Below are positions 1 through 8,972 of a DNA stretch of 64,000 bases, one piece after another (within the stretch, counting starts at the first letter, position 1; every line of letters begins with the position of its first letter). Under the pieces are notes generated by a model. That model was not told the origin of the DNA, searched no databases, and saw only the letters and a list, made by a program, of their open reading frames with translations. Location of the stretch: assembly GCA_910587875.1 (NCBI GenBank), contig CAJUOD010000002.1, positions 2,890 to 66,889 of the forward strand, given 5' to 3'. The DNA is from an uncultured Oscillibacter sp. (GTDB taxonomy: Bacteria > Bacillota > Clostridia > Oscillospirales > Oscillospiraceae). The position numbers were made by a program, and so were the translations under genes.

Positions 1-238
1 GGCCCTCTGCCTCCGGGTTCTCCCGGACCCGGAGGGGCTGCTGGAGGCCCACAAGCTCGATGCTGGCCGCCAGCTCCTCCAGGTCGCAGAGCGTGTAGAA
101 ATTCCTCGGGTCGCTGTCGATCCGGTCCAGGGATATGTACTCGATCTGCTCCCGGCCGCCGGATGTGTCCAAGTTGGACACATTTTCGCCGGTCCCTTTC
201 AGCTGCTGTTTCAGCACGTCTCCCAGACTATAACCCAC
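1..238 (-). CDS. ParB-like protein, N-terminal part (runs off window)
   Basis: Manual translation from GTG 238: GYSLGDVLKQQLKGTGENVSNLDTSGGREQIEYISLDRIDSDPRNFYTLCDLEELAASIELVGLQQPLRVR; overlaps the parA stop. Confidence 0.85.
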   Translation of the reverse strand, partial: MGYSLGDVLKQQLKGTGENVSNLDTSGGREQIEYISLDRIDSDPRNFYTLCDLEELAASIELVGLQQPLRVRENPEAEG

Positions 239-995
239 GCTTTTCGCCTCCCTCCAAGTACTCCCGCACAAAGGCCCGGTAATCCTTCGACGCCCCGCAA
301 TGGGGGCTGAAGGTCAGGATGCTCTCCCGGGCGGCGATGCTCTTGGGCACCGGCGGGCTCATGCGAATCCGGGTGTGGAAGACCGGCAGGCCGGACTCCA
401 GCGCCAGCAGGCGGTGAATCTCCCGCTCCTCGGCGGTCCGCTGGAACTGGGTGCCCAGGATGCCAGCCACCCGGAGCCGGGGGTTGACGCTGCGCATGGA
501 GTCCACCTGCCGCGTCAGCTCCGCCATGCCCGCCGTGGAGAACACGTCCAGCCGGATGGGGATGATGACCTCATCCGCCGCCAGCAGCGCCGCCTGGGAG
601 GCCAGGCCCAGGGAGGGCGGCAGGTCGATGATGAGGTAATCCACGCTGTCCTCGGCCAGGACCGTCCGCAGCTCCTCGATCTGCGTCACCTTGGCGCCGC
701 TGTTGGGGAGGTCCGCCCGGGCCAGCTCCATACCGGAGGGGATCAGACTCAGCGTGGGAGAAACCGGCGTCACGAAGTCGGGCCAGTAGCCGGCGCCGTC
801 CGTCAGCAGGGTCCAGGTATTGCCGCAGGCGCTGGTGTCTGTGACGCCGAAGTACTGGGACAGGTTGCCCTGCTGGTCCGCGTCGATCAGCACCACCTGC
901 TTGTCATGCTCCGCCGAAAGGCACCGGGCCATGGTGGCCGCCGTGACGGTCTTCGCCGTCCCGCCTTTCAGGTTCAAGATTGCTATGGTTTTCAT
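228..995 (-). CDS. ParA/Soj-family ATPase
   Basis: Deviant Walker A LKGGTAKT, LIDADQQGN, IIDLPP. Confidence 0.92.
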   Translation of the reverse strand: MKTIAILNLKGGTAKTVTAATMARCLSAEHDKQVVLIDADQQGNLSQYFGVTDTSACGNTWTLLTDGAGYWPDFVTPVSPTLSLIPSGMELARADLPNSGAKVTQIEELRTVLAEDSVDYLIIDLPPSLGLASQAALLAADEVIIPIRLDVFSTAGMAELTRQVDSMRSVNPRLRVAGILGTQFQRTAEEREIHRLLALESGLPVFHTRIRMSPPVPKSIAARESILTFSPHCGASKDYRAFVREYLEGGEKRGL

Positions 996-1588
996 GGTTT
1001 TTCTGTCCTTTCAAATTCGATAACCCACACCAAGGGGTTGGCTATCCAGCCGTAGAGGGCGCGGTCGGCGGGTTTGACGCATTGGTCCCAAACCCACATA
1101 AACGCTTGCTTCGCAGTCGACGCCCATGAGGAGGTTTCCGTTGCTTGCCAGCCCTTATATAATCCTTCTTTTTCCGCCTGCTCCTCGGTGATATCCCACA
1201 GACGTTCCCCCCGCACGCCCGTCACCCGCAGGAAGATTCGCGCGGCCTCGCGGGGCATGTGGATGGAGGGACGCCACTTCACGCCGGGAAGAGTTTCCCC
1301 CTCTGCCTTATAATGGATTTCCGGCGCGGTCCCTTCTGTTCTCGACCACGGCGCCCACGCCTCCCGCACATACAGGATTTCGCCGGGGCGGTAGGGAAGT
1401 GACAATACCGTTGCTCCCGTTGCATCAATAAGCCCGTCAACAATATGTATCGGTTCGCTTGATACAACAAGACTTGCCATAGACATTTGACAATATCTTG
1501 CTTGCGGCTTCACCACCCGCCGCGTCACCGTCTTTCGGTTCTTCAGAATCGCGCGGACCATTTCGGAATTGAATAAAATCGGTTTCAT
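992..1588 (-). CDS. Conserved phage protein (ASCH/PUA-like)
   Basis: MKPILFNSEMVRAIL..RKTVTRR and WRPSIHMPREAARIFLRVTGVR..RL.DI motifs. Confidence 0.75.
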   Translation of the reverse strand: MKPILFNSEMVRAILKNRKTVTRRVVKPQARYCQMSMASLVVSSEPIHIVDGLIDATGATVLSLPYRPGEILYVREAWAPWSRTEGTAPEIHYKAEGETLPGVKWRPSIHMPREAARIFLRVTGVRGERLWDITEEQAEKEGLYKGWQATETSSWASTAKQAFMWVWDQCVKPADRALYGWIANPLVWVIEFERTEKP

Positions 1589-1597
1589 ACAGCCTCC

Positions 1598-2974
1598 TCA
1601 AAAAGGCAGGTCCTTCTGCTCCCCCTTCAGTTCTTTGATTTCCACCTGGTCCGGGTCCCGTTTATTGCGTACCCGGGCCTTCCGGCCCTCCGCCGCGTAA
1701 TGGGAGGCGGCCGCCCTGGAGTCCCCCGCCGGAATGACGCGGCTGAAGGTCTGCGTCGCGCCGTAGAAGTCCATGCTCAGGGCCATTCCCGCCTCGCCCT
1801 CTTTGTTTTTGGCGATCTTGAGCGTGCGGATTTGGTTTTCGGAGTCAGTCTCATCCTCCCGGTACAGCAGCATGGCCACGTCCGCGTCCATCTCGATCTG
1901 CCCGGACTGGCGGAACGAGTGCATCCCGGGGAAAGACTTCTTGCTCTGATCTGGGCGGGTGAGCTGGCTTAGGGCCAGCACCGTCACGCCGGTCTGACGG
2001 CCCAGGTTCTGGAGGTCCCCGGAGACCTCGCTGACCCGCTCGAAATCGCTGCTCCAGTGCCGCTCCCGGCTGCCGGGGATTTTCTGGAGGTAGTCGACTA
2101 CCACCAGCTCGTAGTGGCGGCTCAGGGCCAGGGCCCGGACATCCGCCGCCGTCATGCCGGAGGCGTCGATAAACTCCAGGTCCGGAGAGATCAGCGAGTC
2201 CTGCACGGAGACGATCAGGTTGAAATCCGCCTCCTGGAGGTCGAAGCGCTTGATCTTCCCCAGGGGCACCTTGGACTTGAGGGCGACCAGGCGGTCAAAG
2301 AGCTTCCGGTCATTGTTTTCGTAGTAAAAATAGCCCACCCGGCGCTGCTCCGCGATATGGACGCACATTTGCAGGGCCATGGCCGTCTTGCCAGCGCTGG
2401 GGTAGCCGCCCAGGACGATGAAGTCCCCCGGCTCCACGTAGATGTGCTCATCCAGGCCCAGGGCGCCCCAGGTGAAATAGGGCGGCTGCTTCTCCTCCGC
2501 GTGGCGGTCCAGGAACGCCTCGTAGCACTGACGGAGGTTTGTGATCCGCACGCCGGGCTTTTGGCAGGTCAGGGCGTTGATCTTGTCCACCACCGCCTGG
2601 GCGTCGTCCAGGCCGGAAGCGGCGGCCTCCGCCAGCTTTTCCCCCAGCGCCTCCAGGTGATATTGCAGGGCGCGCCGCCGGAGGATGTCAGCGTACTCCA
2701 TGGCGTTGGCGGAGGTGGGCGTAACCTCCATGAGCTCCGCAAGAATCTTGCGGTAGTTCCCGCCCAAGGCGTCGTTGACTGTGATGGGGTCCGTGTCCTT
2801 CCCCTGGGCCCGGAGCCGCTTGATCGCCAGGAAGATATTCCTGTAGGCGCCCTCGATAAAGTCATCCGCCGTGAGCTGCTGGAGCAGGGGTCCAATCACC
2901 TCCGGGTCGATCAGCATGGAGCCCAGGACGGCGATTTGGGATTCCAGCGCCAGCTCGGCCGTCAGTGCGCTCAT
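1598..2974 (-). CDS. Phage DnaB-like replicative helicase
   Basis: E.AVLGSML N-terminus, GYPSAGKT, VVVDYLQ, ALSQLTR, RQSGQIEMDAD, IAKNKEG. Confidence 0.93.
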   Translation of the reverse strand: MSALTAELALESQIAVLGSMLIDPEVIGPLLQQLTADDFIEGAYRNIFLAIKRLRAQGKDTDPITVNDALGGNYRKILAELMEVTPTSANAMEYADILRRRALQYHLEALGEKLAEAAASGLDDAQAVVDKINALTCQKPGVRITNLRQCYEAFLDRHAEEKQPPYFTWGALGLDEHIYVEPGDFIVLGGYPSAGKTAMALQMCVHIAEQRRVGYFYYENNDRKLFDRLVALKSKVPLGKIKRFDLQEADFNLIVSVQDSLISPDLEFIDASGMTAADVRALALSRHYELVVVDYLQKIPGSRERHWSSDFERVSEVSGDLQNLGRQTGVTVLALSQLTRPDQSKKSFPGMHSFRQSGQIEMDADVAMLLYREDETDSENQIRTLKIAKNKEGEAGMALSMDFYGATQTFSRVIPAGDSRAAASHYAAEGRKARVRNKRDPDQVEIKELKGEQKDLPF

Positions 2975-3732
2975 ATGTACCGCACCCCCGGTTCTCTGGC
3001 TGGGCCGCTGGGTTTGTCAGCGGGCAGCTCGTCCGACTTCAGGGGGAACACCGTCAGCCAGTTGGCCACGGTGGCCCTGTCCAGGAGTGCCAGCTTCATG
3101 CCCCGGTCACCACCGGAGAGCCTGTCCAGCTTTTTCAGGATACCGTTCATGGCCCGGGTGGTCTTCACCGGGGACTTATTCGCCACAGCCCGGTTCTCTA
3201 GGAGACCCAGAATGGCCTCCAGCAGCTCCCCGTCCTCCCCGGCGTAAGCCGTGCAGAGCGCGAAAATTTCACGGGGGACTATAGGGGGTTTATTATATAT
3301 ATTACTCTTAGTAGTATGGTCCTCATTTTTGAGGGGACCGTCCCCTCTTTTTTGAGGAGACGTATCCTCATTTTTGAGGGGACCTTCCGCCCCCTCTTCC
3401 GTCCCCTCCGGCGGGTCCTCTTTCGCCAGTTCCTGCCCGCAGAAAATGCGGCGCTGGGTGATGTCTCCTTTGCTTCCGTACCGCCGGATCATCTTCACCC
3501 GGATGTGACCTTGATCCGCCAGGGCGGAGATCAATCGGGTGACAGTAGCCTCGCTGCATCGGAGGATCTCCGTGAAGTCCCGATTGCTGGCGTAGCAATA
3601 GCCGTTGGCGTGACTGAGGCGGTAAATCTCGCCATAGAGCAGCTTTGCCGTAGCGGGGATTTGGTCATCATAGAGTACGGCGGCGGGGATCAAGGCGAAC
3701 TGGCCTCCTTGGGTCATATCTTGCTTTGCCAA
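2971..3732 (-). CDS. Phage replication initiator (N-terminal winged HTH)
   Basis: AKLLYGEI..LS..NGYCYASN HTH_36-like motif; coupled to the helicase; contains iterons. Confidence 0.85.
   Translation of the reverse strand: MAKQDMTQGGQFALIPAAVLYDDQIPATAKLLYGEIYRLSHANGYCYASNRDFTEILRCSEATVTRLISALADQGHIRVKMIRRYGSKGDITQRRIFCGQELAKEDPPEGTEEGAEGPLKNEDTSPQKRGDGPLKNEDHTTKSNIYNKPPIVPREIFALCTAYAGEDGELLEAILGLLENRAVANKSPVKTTRAMNGILKKLDRLSGGDRGMKLALLDRATVANWLTVFPLKSDELPADKPSGPAREPGVRYI
3287..3384. repeat. Probable phage replication origin: three iterons plus AT-rich tract
   Basis: CCTC(A/T)TTTTTGAGG at 3321, 3344 and 3366, next to an AT-rich run at ~3288-3318. Confidence 0.75.
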
Positions 3733-3860
3733 CAGCTCTCACCTCTCAATCCAGTCGATCAGGCGGGCCAGCTGGCTCACCAGCCCGGCCGCCCCGATAT
3801 AGGTCAATATCATGGCCCAGGACATGGGGAGGGCACCCCCTCCCCCGTCCAGATTGGGGC

Positions 3861-3964
3861 TTGCATTTTGCCGAGATTTTGCTATAATAAGCATAGACCT
3901 TGTTCCTCGGCTGAAGCCCTGGACAACGCCGCTCCGAAGTTGCCGCTTCGGGGCGGTCTTTTTT
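3861..3964 (+). ncRNA. Putative ~70-nt antisense sRNA with own promoter and intrinsic terminator
   Basis: TTGCAT-16-TATAAT with extended TG (3861-3888); hairpin 3928-3957 followed by a T run. Confidence 0.55.
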
Positions 3965-3971
3965 GTGGTTT

Positions 3972-4130
3972 TCACTGGTCTTCTCCTTCCTCCGGCTCCC
4001 AGCGCAGCGCCTGGTCTATGGCCGCTCGAAAGCTCCCCACACAGGGGACCCACCGGAGCTTTCCATTGGGGAGCAGTATCTGCACGCACCAGCCGCCCCT
4101 CACGGGAAAGGCGCTCATGATGTGGTTCAT
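3972..4130 (-). CDS. Small phage hypothetical protein (52 aa)
   Basis: Manual translation MNHIMSAFPVRGGWCVQILLPNGK...; GGAGG RBS; overlaps upstream stop. Confidence 0.55.
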   Translation of the reverse strand: MNHIMSAFPVRGGWCVQILLPNGKLRWVPCVGSFRAAIDQALRWEPEEGEDQ

Positions 4131-4390
4131 ACGACCTCCTCCTCATAGGCGCTCGGGTGCTGGGCTCGCAGAAGCCGGGACAGCATTTCTTCTGAGCGGG
4201 CGTCGCACTCTTCACCCGTGATCAGCCGCAGGGCCTCCAGCATCTTCAGCGCCCCGTTGTATTGATGCTGCCAGTACTCCGCTGAGTGGAACGCCTTTTT
4301 CTGGATCGCCTCGTCGATAATGTTCTCCAGGGGAAGCAAGCAGCGTCTGTGCCCGGCGGCCAGTAGCGCCGCCTTCTCTTGTTCGTTCAC
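4127..4390 (-). CDS. Phage hypothetical protein
   Basis: GTG start 4390 with GGAGG RBS, in operon context. Confidence 0.6.
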   Translation of the reverse strand: MNEQEKAALLAAGHRRCLLPLENIIDEAIQKKAFHSAEYWQHQYNGALKMLEALRLITGEECDARSEEMLSRLLRAQHPSAYEEEVV

Positions 4391-4400
4391 GATCTGCCTC

Positions 4401-4580
4401 CTATTCCTTGACGGGCTTGTAACGCACCTGGGTATAGCATTCCGCGATGCGATGCCCATGTTTGACCGGCAGGGCCTCGAAAGCCTTCCTGGCCGCTTCC
4501 AGCGAAAAAAACTCTTTGCCGGGGCAGACCTCCCAGGGGTCCCAGTTATGGATGCGGGATTGAATTACATAGCGTTTCAT
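4401..4580 (-). CDS. Small phage hypothetical protein (59 aa)
   Basis: Manual translation MKRYVIQSRIHNWDPWEVCPGKEFFSLEAARKAFE...; AAGGAG RBS; ATGA overlap. Confidence 0.6.
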   Translation of the reverse strand: MKRYVIQSRIHNWDPWEVCPGKEFFSLEAARKAFEALPVKHGHRIAECYTQVRYKPVKE

Positions 4581-5039
4581 AGCGGCTCCTTTCCGGCGGT
4601 CCTCCAGAATACATCCAGCTCCAGACAGGGGCGGGCAAGCTCCCGGAGATCCGCCGTGATTCGGTTGAACTCGGCCTGCTCCCTCTGATCGACGCCGCCC
4701 TCGGCGATCTCCAGCAGACGGTCCACGGCCTGGCTCTTGGCGAAGCGGGACAGCAGCAGATACACTCTGACCGCCGACTCCAGCGCGCTGCGGGCCTCCA
4801 GCTCCGGGACTACGTATGCGAGCAGGCCGCTGGTTTCGTGAAGATGGCGGTAGGCGAGGGCCGGGGCCCGGTAGCAGACCACCATCCGCTCCACAACGTC
4901 ACCGGGGGGGAATCCGCCGGCCGCTCTCGTAGGCCCGGAGTGTTTCAGGCGCGACGCCGATCTGCTCCGCCGCCGCCTCCTGGGTGAGGCCGGTACAAAT
5001 CCGCCCGGTCCGGTAGATGTTTTGGGACAGTTCAGACAT
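4577..5039 (-). pseudogene. XRE-family HTH regulator split by a +1 frameshift in a G7/C7 run
   Basis: MSELSQNIYRTGRICTGLTQEAAAEQIGVAPETLRAYESGRRIPP then a stop; removing one base at 4904-4910 joins it to ORF 4577..4894. Confidence 0.8.
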
Positions 5040-5071
5040 GGCTATTTCCTCCTGTTTGTGATATGGTCGAG

Positions 5072-5335
5072 TCAGGTATTGGGTTTTCTCCCGTGCCGCC
5101 GCCGCAGGCTTCCGATCGTCGGCAGCGGTGGTGGCTGCGACGGTTCCGGCGCTCCAAGGAATTGCCGGAGTTCATCTTTGAGGACCCGGTAGGTCTTTCC
5201 GATTCGGATGCACTTGATCTGATCGCTCCGAACCAGTTCATAAGCGCTGTTATACCCGATGTTCAGCGCCGCAGCAACGTCCTTGACCGTCAAGACCATG
5301 GGCAGCTCGTCAAAGGATGTAGGATAGTCTTTCAT
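5072..5335 (-). CDS. Excisionase-like HTH_17 DNA-binding protein
   Basis: LPMVLTVKDVAAALNIGYNSAYELVRSDQIKCIRIG; AGGAGG RBS. Confidence 0.85.
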   Translation of the reverse strand: MKDYPTSFDELPMVLTVKDVAAALNIGYNSAYELVRSDQIKCIRIGKTYRVLKDELRQFLGAPEPSQPPPLPTIGSLRRRHGRKPNT

Positions 5336-5372
5336 GTCTGTACACCTCCTTTCTGGATTAGGTTGACCGGCG

Positions 5373-5576
5373 TCAGCCCGCCGCCGGGGGAGAGTCGCGG
5401 CCGAACAGCTCGTCGATGGAGCAGTCGAGGGCGCCCGCCAGAAGGGGGAGTCTGCCCGCCGCGGGGAGATCCTCGCCGCTTTCCCAGCGGGACACGGTGG
5501 CGACAGATACGCCAACTTTGCCCGCTAACTCCTTCATGGTCAAGCCCGCGGCCTCCCGGAACTTACGAATTTTCAC
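5373..5576 (-). CDS. Cro-like XRE HTH repressor
   Basis: IRKFREAAGLTMKELAGKVGVSVATVSRWESG; GTG start with AGGAGG. Confidence 0.88.
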   Translation of the reverse strand: MKIRKFREAAGLTMKELAGKVGVSVATVSRWESGEDLPAAGRLPLLAGALDCSIDELFGRDSPPAAG

Positions 5577-5669
5577 AGCCTCACCTCCTTTCGATGAAAT
5601 TGGGGCTTGCTTACGCCTTGCGTAAATGGTAAAATAAACAATACACATACGATGGAAAACCCAGTTTAA

Positions 5670-5936
5670 TCAAGGCTCTGCTTTGAGTGCGGTCCCGGCT
5701 TCCAGGTATAACGTCCTGCAAGTCTGCGCGAATTTGCTCAAAAGCATCTCTGTATGATTTTTCTGGAAGCTATGCAGTGTGGTAATGGACATGGTGGCTA
5801 CTGCGATTTGTGTACCGTCCTCCGATACAACCACACACTCCTTTGAGAAAGTTCGCGTTTTGAGATCGACGCACGGGCGTTTGCCTGTCTGTTCCACAGA
5901 GATCGGCTTCCCGCCATTCCGCTTGGCGTCGTCCAT
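5670..5936 (-). CDS. Hypothetical protein, first gene of the leftward operon
   Basis: 88-aa ORF with AGGAGG RBS downstream of the leftward promoter. Confidence 0.55.
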   Translation of the reverse strand: MDDAKRNGGKPISVEQTGKRPCVDLKTRTFSKECVVVSEDGTQIAVATMSITTLHSFQKNHTEMLLSKFAQTCRTLYLEAGTALKAEP

Positions 5937-6002
5937 TTTCTCCCCTCCTTCTGGATGGTCTATTTTTCGTTCGTTGTCCCTTGCGGTTCACCCTACACGT
6001 AA

Positions 6003-6053
6003 AGCATAAATGATTTATCAATCAATGTCAATCTATATTTTGATTAATTAATC
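6003..6053 (-). promoter_or_regulatory. Leftward (lytic) promoter with candidate CI/Cro operators
   Basis: Minus strand TTGACA-17-TATGCT (6031-6003); near-palindrome TGATTTATCA (6011) and palindrome GATTAATTAATC (6042). Confidence 0.65.
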
Positions 6054-6098
6054 TTTTTTGGCATATTATCCAATTTGAATATTAAGGTGCGTTCTGCT

Positions 6099-6452
6099 AT
6101 GGATAAGGAACTTTTTGTGCAAAACATCAAAAAATATTGTGCTTTACGTGGAGTGAAACCCACAGTAGCCTGCCGGGAAAGCGGGGTCAGTTCAAGTTTT
6201 ATAACAAATATTGAGTCCAAAGGACAGGTTCCCTCTATTGAGAAAGTTTACATGTTGGCATCCTACCTTGGAGTAACGATTAACGATTTGGTAGGAGAGG
6301 ATATCATCACTTCCTCCAGAGGCCCAGAGCAACCCTATTTGGTGCGGCAGTATAATCTCCTCTCCAAAGAGGCACAGATGGAGGTCCGGGCCTTCATTGA
6401 GTTCAAGGTCGCGCAGGAAGCTGATAGTGGGAAAACAAACAAGGAAGAATAA
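6099..6452 (+). CDS. CI-like XRE repressor
   Basis: HTH VACRESGVSSSFITNIE..GQVPSIEKV..LASYLGV; divergent from cro. Confidence 0.85.
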   Translation: MDKELFVQNIKKYCALRGVKPTVACRESGVSSSFITNIESKGQVPSIEKVYMLASYLGVTINDLVGEDIITSSRGPEQPYLVRQYNLLSKEAQMEVRAFIEFKVAQEADSGKTNKEE

Positions 6453-6548
6453 GCTGAATAGGATAAATTTCGTTTTCGCTTATTTGAGAAAACAGGTAAT
6501 TCATGTCAAACAAAAAAGTGTGTCCAATTTGGACACCGGAAAGAGAGG

Positions 6549-8201
6549 GTGGACATGGCTGGCCTATTTCTAATCCTGGCAATCGTTTTCTTCGTCTTAT
6601 GGAGGAAAGCAGCGAAACAATCTACTAATTCCCAAAAAACAGTTCAAGAACTAAATCAGGAGCTGGAATCTTCCAGGCAAGAGAATACTGGATTGCGGGC
6701 CGAGGTTTTGGAAGTCCGCGGGGAGAACACGGAGAAGCAGCTCCGTATTGATAAATTGTCCCGCTATGAGGGGCTCGTGGATGTAGATGCTGAAATCCAG
6801 AAAAAGCGGGAAGAGGCTGCTGAAGAAATCCAGGCGCAAAAAGACTCTGCCGCACAGGAGCTTGTTGCTGCCAAGCAGGAGGCGAAGGAGCTCCGAGCTA
6901 AAGGAAAGGCCAGCTATGAGGCCGCTGTTAAAGAAGCGGATTTGAAATTATCGTCGATTGAATCCGAGTCAAAGCGTATTCTCAGCGAAGCCCAGCGACG
7001 GGCCGAAGAAATTGCAGGGGATGCCTATAAAATCGCGGGCAAGGCGGAGGATTATAAAAAAGTTGCTGCGGCTATGAAAAATGTGATTGAGGGTTATGGA
7101 GACCAGTACTTAAAACCCACATATTCACTCTTGGATGACTTGGCGGAAGAGTTCGGATATGATGAAGCTGGACAGCAATTGAAACTGGCCCGCGAGAACT
7201 CCGCGCGGATGATAAAAGCGGGAACTGCCGCTACTTGTGACTATGTAGAAGATGCCAGGAGAACTACAGCCATTGCCTTTATAATCGATGCTTTTAACGG
7301 GAAAGTCGATTCGATTCTGTCAAAGATTAAGAAAGACAACTATGGTACGCTGGAGCAAAAAATCAAAGACTCATATGAGCTGGTTAATCATAATGGCCGA
7401 GCTTTTCGCAATGCTACCATAACCCCAGAATATCTTTCTGCTCGCCTGGAGGAATTAAGGTGGGGAGTACGTGTGCAAGAGCTTAGGGCTCAGGCCCAGG
7501 AGGAGCAGCGGCGGCTTCGAGAACAAATCCGCGAAGAAGAACGCGCCCGCCGTGAGTATGAAAAGGCTATGAAAGAGGCCGCAAAGGAGGAGGAGATGCT
7601 TCGCAAGGCCATGGAAAAGGCCGCAAAGCAGATTGAATCCGCAACGGAAGCGAACCGCGCGGAGTACGAGGCTAAATTGGAGGACCTGAAGCGACAACTA
7701 GCGGAGGCCGAGGAGCGGGGCCAGCGCGCGCTCTCTATGGCTCAGCAAACGAAGCACGGAAATGTCTACGTGATTTCCAATATCGGGTCCTTTGGCGAAA
7801 ACGTGTATAAGGTCGGTATGACGCGTCGCTTGGATCCCATGGACCGGGTTCGTGAGTTGGGGGACGCGTCGGTTCCGTTCCCGTTTGATGTACATGCCAT
7901 CATTGAAAGTGATGATGCCCCGGCCTTAGAATCTACGTTGCATAAGCTGTTAGCACTCATGCAGGTAAATAAGGTCAATCCCCGCAAAGAATTTTTCAGA
8001 GTCATGCTTTCTGATATCAAGGCCATGGTTGACAAGCTCGGATTGAAAACCGTTTGGACAATAGATGCTGCAGCCGCCGAATATCGGGAGACGTTGGCCA
8101 TTGAGGAAGCTATGAAGTCAGACCCCGAAACCAAGAGCAGGTGGGAAAAATATAACGCCAGCATTGCGGAAGAAGAAACGGTTTCTCAAGATGTTGGTTG
8201 A
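6549..8201 (+). CDS. DUF4041 / T5orf172 (GIY-YIG-like) domain coiled-coil membrane protein
   Basis: N-terminal TM helix, long coiled coil, GNVYVISNIGSFGENVYKVGMTRRLDPMDRVRELGDASVPFPFDVHA and RKEFF. Confidence 0.9.
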   Translation: MDMAGLFLILAIVFFVLWRKAAKQSTNSQKTVQELNQELESSRQENTGLRAEVLEVRGENTEKQLRIDKLSRYEGLVDVDAEIQKKREEAAEEIQAQKDSAAQELVAAKQEAKELRAKGKASYEAAVKEADLKLSSIESESKRILSEAQRRAEEIAGDAYKIAGKAEDYKKVAAAMKNVIEGYGDQYLKPTYSLLDDLAEEFGYDEAGQQLKLARENSARMIKAGTAATCDYVEDARRTTAIAFIIDAFNGKVDSILSKIKKDNYGTLEQKIKDSYELVNHNGRAFRNATITPEYLSARLEELRWGVRVQELRAQAQEEQRRLREQIREEERARREYEKAMKEAAKEEEMLRKAMEKAAKQIESATEANRAEYEAKLEDLKRQLAEAEERGQRALSMAQQTKHGNVYVISNIGSFGENVYKVGMTRRLDPMDRVRELGDASVPFPFDVHAIIESDDAPALESTLHKLLALMQVNKVNPRKEFFRVMLSDIKAMVDKLGLKTVWTIDAAAAEYRETLAIEEAMKSDPETKSRWEKYNASIAEEETVSQDVG

Positions 8202-8211
8202 TATTTTTGAG

Positions 8212-8247
8212 AAAGGGGATGTGTCCAATTTGGACACATCCCTTTTT
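8212..8247 (+). terminator. Hairpin terminator built on the GTGTCCAANTTGGACAC palindrome
   Basis: GGGATGTGTCCAA-T-TTGGACACATCCC then TTTTT, right after the DUF4041 stop. Confidence 0.7.
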
Positions 8248-8385
8248 CTGCTGGTTGACAAAGCTTCACCTAGATGGCTTCCGGGCCGGAAGGTATAATG
8301 ACCCTGTACCTCGGAGGCGTGAGCCCATAGGGTGGAAGATTTCCAACTAGACGGGCCGTTTCCGAGCTGGTAGAATGGTTCTACT

Positions 8386-8425
8386 TTAGGGCGGAGTAAG
8401 TTAGGGCGGACTATGTTAGGGAGGG
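8386..8425 (+). repeat. Three 15-bp-period AGGGCGGA-type repeats (cluster 1)
   Basis: Units start at 8386, 8401 and 8416. Confidence 0.7.
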
Positions 8426-8496
8426 ACGGCGTAACAAAGGGTGTACTATACCCACCGTTCTGCATAGATCGAGAAGATAAGCTATCAAGGCAAGCA

Positions 8497-8525
8497 TTGA
8501 CAGAATTTGTATATTGTGGTATAAA
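8497..8525 (+). promoter_or_regulatory. Near-consensus sigma-A promoter
   Basis: TTGACA-17-TATAAA with extended TG. Confidence 0.75.
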
Positions 8526-8530
8526 GAAAC

Positions 8531-8714
8531 CATCATTGATTGTTTGTGCGCCCTCCGTGAAACTCGGAGCCGGGCCATTGGCCTGGGGCTGCCAGGGAGC
8601 AGCATTGCATACGTTGTGGTGGAGACGCTGGCATGACCGGCTGATCCCAAGGGTTGTACGTTCGGTGAGCGTAAGCCGCCGAGTGGTGTTTAGGGGGCGG
8701 TCTGCCCATTTTTT
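8531..8714 (+). ncRNA. Candidate structured ncRNA 1
   Basis: Follows the promoter with no credible ORF; hairpins CTCCG/CGGAG, CCTGG/CCAGG, TCGGTG-A-GC-GTAA-GC-CGCCGA; ends in a small GC stem plus T run. Confidence 0.5.
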
Positions 8715-8743
8715 GAATGATGATGAGGGAACCGGAACGGGTC

Positions 8744-8866
8744 TTGACTTTCTGCGGAGCGTCTGCTATGCTGTAGCCATACAGTATCAGGGCTTTGCGA
8801 AAGCAAGCACAGTATCCGTGTTTCAAAGTGTCCGGGCTTTCCCATTGGGAGGGCGCGGGCTTTTTC
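8744..8866 (+). ncRNA. Candidate sRNA 2 (~90 nt) with promoter and terminator
   Basis: TTGACT-17-TATGCT (8744-8772); GAAA-capped hairpin; terminal hairpin GCTTTCCC-ATT-GGGAGGGC then TTTTT. Confidence 0.55.
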
Positions 8867-8931
8867 ATGGGTTCTTGATAAAACCGCAAGTGTACAAGCC
8901 TTTGGGCCTCTGGTAGAATGTAACCGTACTT

Positions 8932-8972
8932 TGAGGGCGGAGCGTTTTAGGGAGGAGCATTTCAGGGCGGAT
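8932..8972 (+). repeat. Three 15-bp-period AGGGCGGA-type repeats (cluster 2)
   Basis: Units start at 8932, 8947 and 8962. Confidence 0.7.
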
